This document shows positions 24,607 to 35,685 of a stretch of 64,000 bases of DNA, piece by piece. Positions within the stretch are counted from its first letter, which is position 1, and every line of letters begins with the position of its first letter. The position numbers were made by a program, and so were the translations under genes. Below the pieces are notes generated by a model. The model was not told where the DNA came from and ran no database searches. It saw only the letters and a program-made list of their open reading frames with translations. Source of the DNA: Yuukianura sp. NJ FZ-2021 (Eukaryota); contig JAJCTO010000009.1 in assembly GCA_046563655.1 (NCBI GenBank), positions 744,001 to 808,000 of the forward strand, written 5' to 3'.

Positions 24607-25253
24607 TAACTGTTAAATTTAATTTCAATGAATTTAATTTTAATCCGGTTACGAATTGAAATTTTTCGAAATTTGTGTCCTTAATGTGCCACCATAAGGA
24701 ACGTTAATTAGTTGTTTTTGTTTTTTGACTTTTGCAAAAAAAAACTTTAATTTTTGAGTTTTTGTGTCATTACTGGGCCTCCGTAGTAAACTTTACGGTA
24801 AGTTATTTTTGTAATTAGTCATCAATTGTTTTCCGTCTTTTTGAACTTTTTGCAATCGTATTTTGTTGTTTGTACGTTACTAGACTTTGTAGTAAGATTT
24901 GTGTTTTGTTTTCTTTCCGTGCGGCCGTTTGTAGAAAGATATGTAAATTATCTGTCGTTAACTGCCGTTATCTGTCGTGGGATTTGTGAAAAAGAAAAAA
25001 ATCTCTTCTTCTCTTTTTTTTTTCTGGACTTTTCGCCAAAATGGCGGCGATGTCACGCCGTGACCTTTTGCGTATCCCACGCGCACTGTGACCTCAGGGA
25101 TCAATCACCAATTGACAATTTGATCAATTTATGTGTGGTTGTACCTCTTTGGTTCTTAGAAGTTGACCTCTTCCTCCTTTTTTGGCTCTGTTTCTTCTTT
25201 TTCGTCTGACTGCTTTCCGGAAGTGAGATTCGGCTGGCTGTCGGATCGTCAGG

Positions 25254-25500
25254 TGAGACGGAAGTGACGGATGATAGGTCTTCGCTAGACTACGGCGATG
25301 ACCTGACGATGTGTGACCTCGATGCCACAGAATGTGGATGCCAATAAATGAATGCTACAAATCTGAACTGAAGATTTGGTGGGGAGATGCTCTCCCTATG
25401 AATACCATTTATTGACTGAATGTATGAATCCTACCTATTCATATATGTGTGCTTAGCCTAGTCTTCCCGCGCTTCCTTGTGTGTGTCTCGTCCCGTCACA
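25254..25500 (-). repeat. 5' LTR of element 1 (247 bp)
   Basis: Identical to 16179-16425; followed by the TSD ACTA. Confidence 0.97.
25408..25446 (-). promoter_or_regulatory. Candidate LTR core promoter and polyA signal of element 1
   Basis: On the minus strand, ATATAT (25446-25441) lies ~25-29 nt upstream of an arthropod-type initiator TCAGT (25419-25415), which is followed one base later by AATAAA (25413-25408). Confidence 0.45.
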
Positions 25501-27489
25501 ACTATACAACGAAGTTTTAAACATACCGAAAAATGGAATTTATGCCTTGTTATCGCTTATAACCATCTTCATGGAACGCATCTAATACCGGTCCACTTTG
25601 TCGTAGTGCATCAACGACTATTACATACGGTGAACCACTTGTTGTCAGCCTTCATCTTTGAGCTCAAAGGAGAAGTGCCGGTGAAATGACAAGCGCGACC
25701 TCACTACAAATACCAACCAGTACTCATTTTGACACCATGATACACAATGACTCCGACGGCAATGGAACTTCAGGGGATCCCATTATTACATTTTCTAAAT
25801 CAAAATCGAACATTCCGCATTATTTGTTATTTTGATTAAAATTGTTAGGAAAGACTTTTTTATGTCATACTACCACCTTGCACTTCCAACAAAACACACC
25901 TGAATAACTAACTGGTGCTCAACACTAATCTGGAATTATGTTTTAGCCCAACTCCACTATGCAACAAGTGCATAAATCTAACTGTCATTTTGGTATAAAC
26001 TAATGTGGGAACTATACAACGAAGTTTTAAGCATACCGAAAAATGGAATTTATGCCTTGTTATCTGTTATAACCATGTTCATGGAACGCATCTAATACCG
26101 GTCCACTTTGTTGTAGTGCATCAACGACTATTACACACGGTGAACCACTTGTTGTCAGCCTTCATCTTTGGGCACAAAGGAGAAGTGCCGGTGAAATGAC
26201 AAGCTCGCCCTCACTGCAGATACCAACCAGTACTCATTTTGACACTATGAATCACAATGACTCAGACGGCAACTGAACTTCAGGGAAATCCCATTATTAA
26301 GTTTTCTAAATCAAAATCGAACATTCAGCATTATTTGTTATTTTGATTAAAATTTTTAGAAAATACTTTTTTATGTCATACTACCACCTTGCACTTCCAA
26401 TAAAGCACACCTGAAAAACTGGTGTTCAACACTAATCTGGAATTATATTTTAGCCCAACTCCACTATGCAACAAGTGCATAAATCTGACTGTCATTTTGG
26501 TATAAACTAATGTGGGAACTATACAACGAAGTTTTAAACATACCGAAAAATGGAATTTATGCCTTGTTATCGCTTATAACCATCTTCATGGAACGCATCT
26601 AATACCGGTCCACTTTGTTGTAGTGCATCAACGACTATTACACACGGTGAACCACTTGTTGTCAGCCTTCATCTTTGGGCACAAAGGAGAAGTGCCGGTG
26701 AAATGACAAGCTCGCCCTCACTGCAGATACCAACCAGTACTCATTTTGACACTATGAATCACAATGACTCAGACGGCAACTGAACTTCAGGGAAATCCCA
26801 TTATTAAGTTTTCTAAATCAAAATCGAACATTCAGCATTATTTGTTATTTTGATTAAAATTTTTAGAAAATACTTTTTTATGTCATACTACCACCTTGCA
26901 CTTCCAATAAAGCACACCTGAAAAACTGGTGTTCAACACTAATCTGGAATTATATTTTAGCCCAACTCCACTATGCAACAAGTGCATAAATCTGACTGTC
27001 ATTTTGGTATAAACTAATGTGGGAACTATACAACGAAGTTTTAAACATACCGAAAAATGGAATTTATGCCTTGTTATCGCTTATAACCATCTTCATGGAA
27101 CGCATCTAATACCGGTCCACTTTGTCGTAGTGCATCAACGACTATTACATACGGTGAACCACTTGTTGTCAGCCTTCATCTTTGAGCTCAAAGGAGAAGT
27201 GCCGGTGAAATGACAAGCGCGACCTCACTACAAATACCAACCAGTACTCATTTTGACACCATGATACACAATGACTCCGACGGCAATGGAACTTCAGGGG
27301 ATCCCATTATTACATTTTCTAAATCAAAATCGAACATTCCGCATTATTTGTTATTTTGATTAAAATTGTTAGGAAAGACTTTTTTATGTCATACTACCAC
27401 CTTGCACTTCCAACAAAACACACCTGAATAACTAACTGGTGCTCAACACTAATCTGGAATTATGTTTTAGCCCAACTCCACTATGCAAC
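25501..27489. repeat. Tandem satellite array, ~507-bp monomer (~4 copies), block 2, between the two retrotransposons
   Basis: Same monomer, orientation and register as block 1. Confidence 0.98.
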
Positions 27490-27922
27490 TGTGACCTCCC
27501 AGCCAGGGTGAACCTGGACATGGGTCACACACGTCGCCGCTTGGTCGGCGGTCTACTGGTTCGTCGACCTCTGTGCCCAGGTCCGAACACCACCGAAGTG
27601 GCGCAGGCCCTGGGTGCCAGCTCTAAGAATCGTGGCTGAGGAATATGGCTGAACGCTGTCACAAGGAAAGTCGTAGACGAAGGCAAAGTGTGGCTACGTT
27701 CCTTTATTGTCTCTAGAACCTCCCTACTCCAGTGACTGGACTCCGCCGTGACTCTCGGTCGGAAGAGGAACCATCTGGAAGATAGTTCCTCCTCGACCAA
27801 GCGCTCATCACTCACTGACTGACCATCGGGATATGACTGAGAACCTAGCCTCATCCCGAGTGCCGTCACACACCTCTGCTTGGAGACAAAGTGAGGAATC
27901 CCGCCCGGCGGGGTTACTCACA
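27490..27922 (-). repeat. 3' LTR of element 2 (433 bp)
   Basis: TGTGACCTCCC...GGGTTACTCACA; direct repeat of 37912-38344. Confidence 0.97.
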
Positions 27923-27932
27923 TATTCCCCGG
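27923..27932 (-). other. Short polypurine-tract-like motif of element 2
   Basis: Minus strand CCGGGGAATA directly abuts the 3' LTR TG. Confidence 0.5.
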
Positions 27933-28869
27933 GTCACGGCGAAATTCCTGTCAAGGAATTTGAACAGAGTCTGTTTACAAATGTCATTGCTCAATATGCT
28001 AACATTTTGGTGTTTTTATGTGTTTTTTGACTATTTGCTATTAGACTAAGATTCGTACAACATTCAAATAATATATATGTCAATACAATGTTGGATTACA
28101 GGATATGTATGTTACTACATAGCTACTAATAGATTACGAACATAGAAGGAAAAAGTTTTAAAAGTTGTAAGCACATGCATACTACTGTCAAATGATGTTA
28201 TATTATATTGTATCGAGAATGTATGCATTAAAGAGAGAAAAAATAGATAACGTGAATAGGGTAAGTGTTAGTACTGACAATGAATTACTTAAACCGGACA
28301 GAGAAAAAACATTGTATAAGACGTAATAAAGAAAAGCAAAGTATTGTGAAACATGAAAGAAAAAATTCAAGGACTGGAAATAAATCTACACTAAATTAGA
28401 GCTATATGCGGGTGTTTTACTGTTCGAAAACTGTTTGTTTACGATTGATGGTTTTCTCGGTTATCATTAGGGTACCCACAAGTGTCCAAACCCACTTTTA
28501 AGTATGCTTTGTGGATTTGTTTTTGTATATTTGTTGAGCGGTTGATTGTGGATGGTTAGAACAAGGATAGAGCAGGTTAGGTTGTGTTCTTAAAAGAAAT
28601 TAGATGAAGAAATTGGTCGTTGGATGGATCCGCAGATCACGACAGAGCGGCGGTAGTGAGTTCTAGTTCTTGATATACCCGTTGCTACTTTGCTCAGTTA
28701 AATTCTGGAGGAAGGTTCCTTCCACTTGATATGACGAGGGATATGTGGAAGGATTGTGGTTTGGGAAACTGGTTCGGGGTCTTTGTATGTGAGACGAATT
28801 TGAGAGTTTGGGTTCAGAACGTTGGTCTTTCGTTAGGTGTCGGATCTGCGAAGATATGAACAGAGCGGC

Positions 28870-29302
28870 GTGCTGCATTTAACGGCAGTGTCAATCGTAT
28901 CCACCGTTGACTAATCAAGCTGCACGGTCTCTTCCATTGTAGACACGCCAAATAACTATTCCGATGGACGAATATCGCAGGTGACAGAATGACAGTGGGA
29001 TGGTAACTGTCTACAACCTGAAACAAAGCCAAGCGCTCAGAGAGGGACTATTGGTAATAGGTCCAAGTCGTGGACGCAATTCGAGTCGGAGTAACAAGTT
29101 CAGGCAATCAGCATGTATGCGTTGCTGGAAGTCGAAAAGTAAACGATCCAACGTAATAGTCACAGAGTTAGAATGTAGGTGGCTTCGGAGTTAAAGATGA
29201 AAAGTAGACACGATGTAAGGCTTCATCATCGGCGGAAGGAAACGCACAATTGATCATGGAGATGTCGAGAAGAAGGATTATCTCGACGAGTAGAAGTCGC
29301 AT
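28870..29302 (-). pseudogene. Possible decayed env-like/secreted-protein ORF of element 2
   Basis: ATG at 29302 in CAAC-ATG context gives MRLLLVEIILLLDISMINCAFP (signal-peptide-like). It continues through stops into Cys-containing segments (LCDYYVGSFTFRLPATHTC). It lies downstream of the pol end. Confidence 0.25.
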
Positions 29303-29438
29303 GTTGTTGACGCTGCCTTGCGATGATACAATTGTAAATGAAAAAGGTTTAGACTAAGTTGATAATTTTGACTTATGAACATTCACACTAGAGAGTGAGA
29401 TACGAGCTAAAACTAAAACCAAAATGCTTGTTGCCAAC

Positions 29439-31458
29439 TCAAAACTTGGAATAGGTAAGGCGATCTGTTGTTTTAGTGATCCTACGTGGTCGCGTTCTTT
29501 CTAACAACTCAGAAAACTCTGTTGCTCAGATTTACGAGGAGTGGAGCCCGGATATACACGAGGTAAGTTTAGGAGGAAGAGAAGGTAACTCTGGAAACAT
29601 TGGAAGGGCGTGCGACCATTTTTCTGACCATATTTCTGTGTGAAGGTCAAACTCAACAGGTTTCCGCTCAATACTGGGTAACGGAGCGTCTAATGGCGCC
29701 AATGCTGAGCAGCGTACCTCCTTCTGAAACCCACATTTCTCAGTTTGCAAAAAAGTTAAAATTCGGTCATAATGCTTTGATTGCGGCAAAATGTGAATCA
29801 GAACCGCAAAAATGGAAATGTACATTCGATGGTGCATCGAAGAAGGCAATACGGAGAAAGAAAACACTCCTCCCAGCCTTCCCCAATAATAGTAGCATCG
29901 GTAGACAATAAATTGCCTCGAGTATTTCCAGAGATTAACCTTGACTTGATAACAGATGAATAAAAGACACCTCCGACTGATTAATTGCGCCTAAGTGTCA
30001 TTAGATTTGTTAATATTTTACGTTATAGGGTTGACGGAATTAATCGGAATAATATCAGTAAATTTATGCGCCAAACAAATTGATTAAAATTTGTGCATCA
30101 GTACTTGGGCTCTTGCGGTATAGAATTGGTTTTTGCGTTGTTGCTCCGCAATCTCAGTCTGAATTTGCGACCCTAATGCTTGCAACGCTTCTTGTTTCGT
30201 TTCGGAAGTCCCGATTGTTAATCACCGCAACATAAATGTAATAAGCGAATCCAAATAAAAATAATCTACACAAAATCGATTTGGGACTAAATCTTTGTCT
30301 GAAAAGTAGAAGTACATGGTACCATTCATTGTGTTTTAGTAATTTTTTAATTTGTTATTATCGAATGACGGCATTTCCGTTGTTCGACGGGACGGTTGGC
30401 TTTGAAGGTATGGGCATTACTCTGAGGAATTACGTGGGCATAGTGTAATTAGTACTTAGGTTACATTGGTGAGAAGGATATAGTATAATTTCGCCAATGT
30501 GTCTCTTGTAGGCAAAAATATCGTTGAACTCAACCAAAAGTTCCTGTAACTGAGCCTTTGGTCTGGTTCCGACTCGGGATTTATTCTCAGTAATGTCCGA
30601 TTGCTGTGATAGTTCATTACGTTCTCATGTTAGGTTAAAAATACTAAAGTTGGTAAATTTTTTAATCTGCTTCTTGTTCTGCCGTACTTGGGTCGATTAC
30701 CTCCGATATGTGATGATGATTTATCAACGTGTGTAGACCGTGTGGATACTGTATTTCACTGGGGAGGTGAGGACCTTCGCGCCAGTGCTCCTTCGTACCA
30801 TGGCCACTGATACCGAAGAAGGTTTCATTGCATATCTCATTGCAATCTTCCCGGGGTTTAACTCTTCGCTATACTCTGACAAATCTGACTCAGGGACCCT
30901 TGTATGAATCAAATTCGGAGTTTCAGCGGGACTCTCGATTAACTCATTGAAATGCTCCATGTCATCGTTAGTGTATGTCATCATGCTCATGTTCGTTTCG
31001 AAAACGTGTAGGTTGGGCATTACAGGTCGACCAAGTCCTATTTCCGCCGAAACAAAACTTTGGGAACACCAACCCACACTATTTCGATTTGGCGCCGAGG
31101 GAGAACAAAAGCATGGGAGTAAGAGGGACAGCCTGGGCTGTGTAATCTTCTTTTGTGGTATCGTAAATGTATATACAGCACAACAGAATAAAATTCTACC
31201 ATCGTGTGTTGTGCCTTCCCAATTAATAGCTAAACGGTCGAAATCGATTATGCCACGTTGATTCCGAAGAAAATCGGCTCCCAAAAGTACTTGTAGAGCA
31301 AAATCTTGCAACATTATTGTATGATCTGGCGACTGAATATAGTTAGATTTAACGAAAGTGGAATTGACTAAGCTTATTCCCGCTCCTGTATTTAACCTAA
31401 TTTCCGGTGAGCGTTCTACGACATAACCACATACCTTCAAAAGACCATTTGTGCCCAT
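29439..31458 (-). pseudogene. pol: Degenerate, internally deleted pol of element 2
   Basis: Protease-like IRLNTGAGISLV...VLLGADFL with catalytic D replaced by N (ORF 30724-31458). Pre-RT motif KAQLQELLVEFNDIFAYKRHIG (30493-30558). RH-IN linker-like IQTEIAEQQRKNQFY (~30120-30164). Integrase-tail-like RPRRITKTTDRLTY before a stop at 29439. The span is only ~2 kb, too short for a full pol. Confidence 0.65.
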
Positions 31459-31546
31459 TTTTAAAACAAAAAGCGATGTCGGATAGAGATGTGTAAATGT
31501 GGGAATGGTGACATAATACGAGGCGAGTTGATTGTGATTGTGGTGG

Positions 31547-32804
31547 TTAAGGGGAGTAACTGGTGTTCAAGGATTCTACGACTGGATCGGATTGGCGGCT
31601 CGTCACTGATGTCAAGAACGGATGGGCGTTGGCCGCTGTCTCCATCCACTGACCGTTTTTTGGCTGAGCACGGCACTCTGCGTCGCCGTGTGTCGCGGAT
31701 TGATGCAATGAGCACCATACACCGGTTTCAGTTAGGTTGCGCCCAGAAGCTGCACTCTCTCCACAATTTTGCTGTTGTAATATGAATGTTTGCATTTGCT
31801 CGATGATTCGTCCGAATTTGTCTAATTGTTCTGTCTGTGCCACCAGAACAGCTGGAGCTTGGGTCATAACATTGACATCTTTTTGGTGTAAAAGTAATTC
31901 GTTCGTTTCTTCTATGGATTTTAACGCTTTTAAGAATTCGTCAATGGTTTTAGGTTTGTGGATGCCCAATGCAGTTAAGTTGGATGGTCGTAGGTTACGT
32001 ATTAACCAACGTACTTGGCGCGATTCAGGCATATCCGGATCCATCAGACGAAGAAGGTTGGTCAGATTGTAAGTGTATTCCGTAGCGGATTCATTCAAGT
32101 GTTGTCGTCGATTGATAACTTTTTGTTCAGCTGACATCGTACTGCTGTTTCCAAACGCTTTAATCAGAGCTTGTTCCACCATATTGTAGTCAACCAAAAG
32201 GGCCGAGGCCGGAGGCGATGTGGAACATCGGGTTGATTCCAAAAGAGAAAAGCCAATCTTCAGCCGTACCGGTCAAATGATTACTCAGCAAAATCGGCCA
32301 CTCCGACTTCGGGATGGAGTTCCCGGTCATGGCCAATTGAAACTTGGTCAGATAACGCACAACATCTTCTTCGGGTTTGCCGCTGAACGTTGGTACTTTA
32401 ATTTTATAGTATGTGGTTTTCGATTCGGACTTAGAACCGCCCGTCGGTGTTGCTTGGGACATATTGATGGGAAGACTGGCTGAAAATTTCAACGGTGTCG
32501 TAGGTAATTGTGAGGAAGTGGGGATGTGCGAAGGTAATTTACTACCGCTGATGGCAGATGGAGGGATCACTTGAGGGAGAGGTAGCGGTGAAGGGATATA
32601 TGGTGGTGGATTGGTGGGATTAAGCGACGCTTGTGACTTGGGTTTCGGGAGAGGTGGGGCGGTAGGAATGGAAGACGGCAGGACTACTCGAGGCTGTAAG
32701 TTCAGTTTCCCCTGGTGTTGTGAAAATCCGGGAGTTTGTAATTGCTCGGTTTCAGGATTAGGAGGAGGCGATTGGGCGGAGGACCGTGTTGTTATCTTTG
32801 GCAT
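31547..32804 (-). pseudogene. gag: Frameshifted gag of element 2
   Basis: Two overlapping ORFs (32190-32804 and 31547-32242). Pro-rich N-terminus, KVPTFSGKPEEDVVRYL...LTGTAEDW, RRQHLNESATEY...LIRNLRP, and a C-X2-H-X4-H-X4-C knuckle (CSLHQSATHGDAEC). Confidence 0.8.
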
Positions 32805-34317
32805 TATTGCTCAAACATAAGTAAACTTACTGTTCTACGGTACTGCAGGCGTTGAGTCTGAGGGTAGTTACTGGGCCTTCGGGTTGTGTGGACCAAAACT
32901 GACGAGGTGAGGTGTTATCTGTTGCTGTTCGTGGAGAGAGAAAGAAAAGACTGCGTGGACGTGCATTAGATTTACTTGAATTTATACTCTGGTCAATTGT
33001 GCGGTTACTTGTCCTCCTAGGAGTTCCGAAAGCTCAAGTGTATTACGCAACTATACCTCGGGCAAACACTGAGACAGTATATTCCAACGCTATGCCAAAA
33101 GTTTGAGTCTGGGGTTGAATAGGGTGGAATCGGTCACGCGCCAATCTCCACTCCCGGGGCTTGCTCTGACCAATGAGCCACCAGGACCCATCGTATATCT
33201 TACTGTATCGCAACTACTTGCCCAATCTTTCGTTCCGTCACAACTTGGAAAGAAGCTGGCTGCCAAATAGTTGTCAAGGCGATTTTCTACGTTTTCTCTA
33301 GACTAGACGGGAAATAAGGCTTGATTTCAACAAAATTTTTGCAACCATTTTCAAAGGGACGAAAACGGTTTTTTTCCCGCTGTGTAAAGTCGAGTTCACA
33401 CACCAACCGCTAATTTGAATTGAAACAATCGTTTATTTGTTTTTGCGTTCGGTGTGAAACTTGGTTAAGCGCCATTTTTTCTCTTGGTTACGGGAGATTT
33501 TTTGGTTTCAAAACACTCAGGCTTATTTCCCTTCTAAAAATAAAATTCTTGTAATCTTGTAACAAGATAGTGTGTATTTAGGACGCGACCACTTCCCTTA
33601 TGGTAAAGTATACGGATGGTGTGTATAGTTAGCGTGACTACTTTCCAATGCGAGTACGCGCTAAACAAAAGCAAGACGCTGCAGAAATAAAAAAATGTGA
33701 GGAGATTGATGCTAGAATAAAAAAAGAGTTAAGAGGTTAAGGCTAAAACCAGAAAAACATGTCAGGTTATGTTCTTCATCAGGATGGAATGCTGCGTTTG
33801 ATGATGCGGTTAGCGACGATTTAGGCTTTAACATAAGATCAAAATTCCGTCTCAAAGTCATAATAAATGGACAGAGCCTAGGAAAATTCTATACTAGAAA
33901 TTTGCACCGTGGGATACTGTAGAACCGTTGATGCATGTAATTAGGGGCAGTTGGCACGAGTCCGCACCGTTTTATGTTGGTAGTAAAGAGAGTGGGGCCA
34001 ACTTGGCACCAAGTGGGTGGAAATAATTTTAAATATTTTAAATAGCACGCAAACAGTTCAGAGCTCTATTTAGTTAGCATTTGGCAAAACTTCTTTTGCA
34101 ACAAGTCCGTTTCCAATAATCGCAGTAACAACATCACCACGCGTAAAACCAATACCCAACCCTTGAGCATCGATCTTCCGCGATTATCCACCGACAACAC
34201 GCCGGGACTGACGGACAGTTTAATTTCACAAATATGTACTATTATGTACATATTTGTACATTATGTACAAATATGTACGGATTCAAGCTTCCTTGGCAAC
34301 CTTGTGTCTTCTCTAAC

Positions 34318-34909
34318 AGGTTGCGTAATACCTCCGTTGTTCACCAAAAATAATGAGAATAACAAAAAATTTATTACCATTATGTCAATGCAAAAATAAC
34401 TTGGGACCAATAAAAAGAGTTTCGGTTCTCAAAACCGTTTCCGTTCAATTCACACGTTAAAAATCGAAGCTCCCAAAATTGTAACCTGTTGCTAACGGTA
34501 ACGTTTCTTAGTATAATTGTAAGTCCAGTATCAGTGTAGCATTTGAAGTTGGCATTGCAGAAACGTTACAGATTGTAACTGGTTCACAACAGAGTTTCCA
34601 AACGTCGAACCGGAAATAATTCAAAAATTCATTCGAGTATGGACGTTCATCAGGATCGGACACTTGAAATTTAAGGTTTAAAGCTGCAAAATCTAGACAT
34701 AACATGCTAAAAAAGTCAACCCTGTTCTATTAGCTCATATTGTTTCCGACTGGAAGCATTTATAAGCAAAAAAAAAATTGAGAAAGTTGGAATTGCTTCA
34801 TTTACCATTCATTTATATATTTCATATATGACAACGGATTCGTGAAGGTGTGAACTAAAAGTGAACTTTCTTTCAGAATTGGAAGAAAACATGAGGTATT
34901 ACGCAACCT
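34318..34909. mobile_element. Possible old MITE/non-autonomous DNA transposon with 17-bp inverted repeats
   Basis: AGGTTGCGTAATACCTC (34318-34334) and its exact reverse complement GAGGTATTACGCAACCT (34893-34909). No clear TSD and no coding capacity. Confidence 0.45.
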
Positions 34910-35685
34910 TGAAAGGCAAATTAAATTTATAAACCTTGTACTTGATGTGCAATATTTTGGGCCCAATCCAAAGCGGTTAGTGATTTCAGAGTTTGAAAGC
35001 TGATTAAAAGAAAATTTCCAACACCATTGTTATGAACCTCTGCGACAATTGAAAGCAAATAACAGGGTGCGAGTCAGAGTGGGCGGACTGAATTTGCAAC
35101 ATGAATTGAATCATAAGTTTCAAAAATCCTTTGATACTCAAAGTCAATGCGCGCTAAGTATTAGTTAAAAAAGTTCTTGTCTGAAAGAATACGTTTCACC
35201 ATTGGAAGAAATTAATGACCAGGAAAACCAGTTTTTTGCAAACTGCTGTATGCTACATGTGTGTTATTTTTGTTTTCTGCTTATTTTTTGTCCTCCCTAC
35301 AGCATCTGTGTCCGAAATCTTTCGTATGGTGGAAATTAATTGCGTAGAATTTGCGAAGTTGTAAAAACCCCTACTAATAATTACGCAGCAAAAAAGCAAG
35401 CAAAAAAGGTTGGACTGTGTGAAGAATAAAGATTACGTTTTTTACTTGATGCGACGAGAATGGGAGAGTGAGCTTCCTTGAGTAGGTTGGGGATGAGATT
35501 TACGCCCAAATTAACATGCTTTTTGTTGTGTCTGAAACTGGTTTTCGTGTTAAGGTGTGTCTACTAATCCCATCGTCATGCTTCTGCCGGAGTATGGACA
35601 TTGTAATGGGATTCAAAATCAAGTAAAATTATGCTTCCTGGACAGGACAACTAGCTGCGTCTTTAATAAGAAGAAGCAATAACTA

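Larger units (their letters stand above)
16179..25500 (-). mobile_element. Full-length, apparently intact Ty3/Gypsy LTR retrotransposon (element 1, 9322 bp): gag, pol and an exonuclease ORF3
   Basis: Two 247-bp LTRs with TG...CA termini, identical by eye. 4-bp TSD ACTA at 16175-16178 and 25501-25504 splits the satellite motif GGGAACTATACAAC. Domain order PR-RT-RH-IN. ORFs uninterrupted. Confidence 0.98.

Noticed and set aside
27439..28030. ORFs overlapping the element 2 LTR (also 37744-38061 and 25477-25689)
   Set aside because: These are chance ORFs crossing LTR/satellite junctions, with no protein features.
33943..34020. TAGGGGCAGTTGGCAC / GGGGCCAACTTGGCAC as the left end of another pogo-like MITE
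   Set aside because: I could not find a matching right TIR or TSD.
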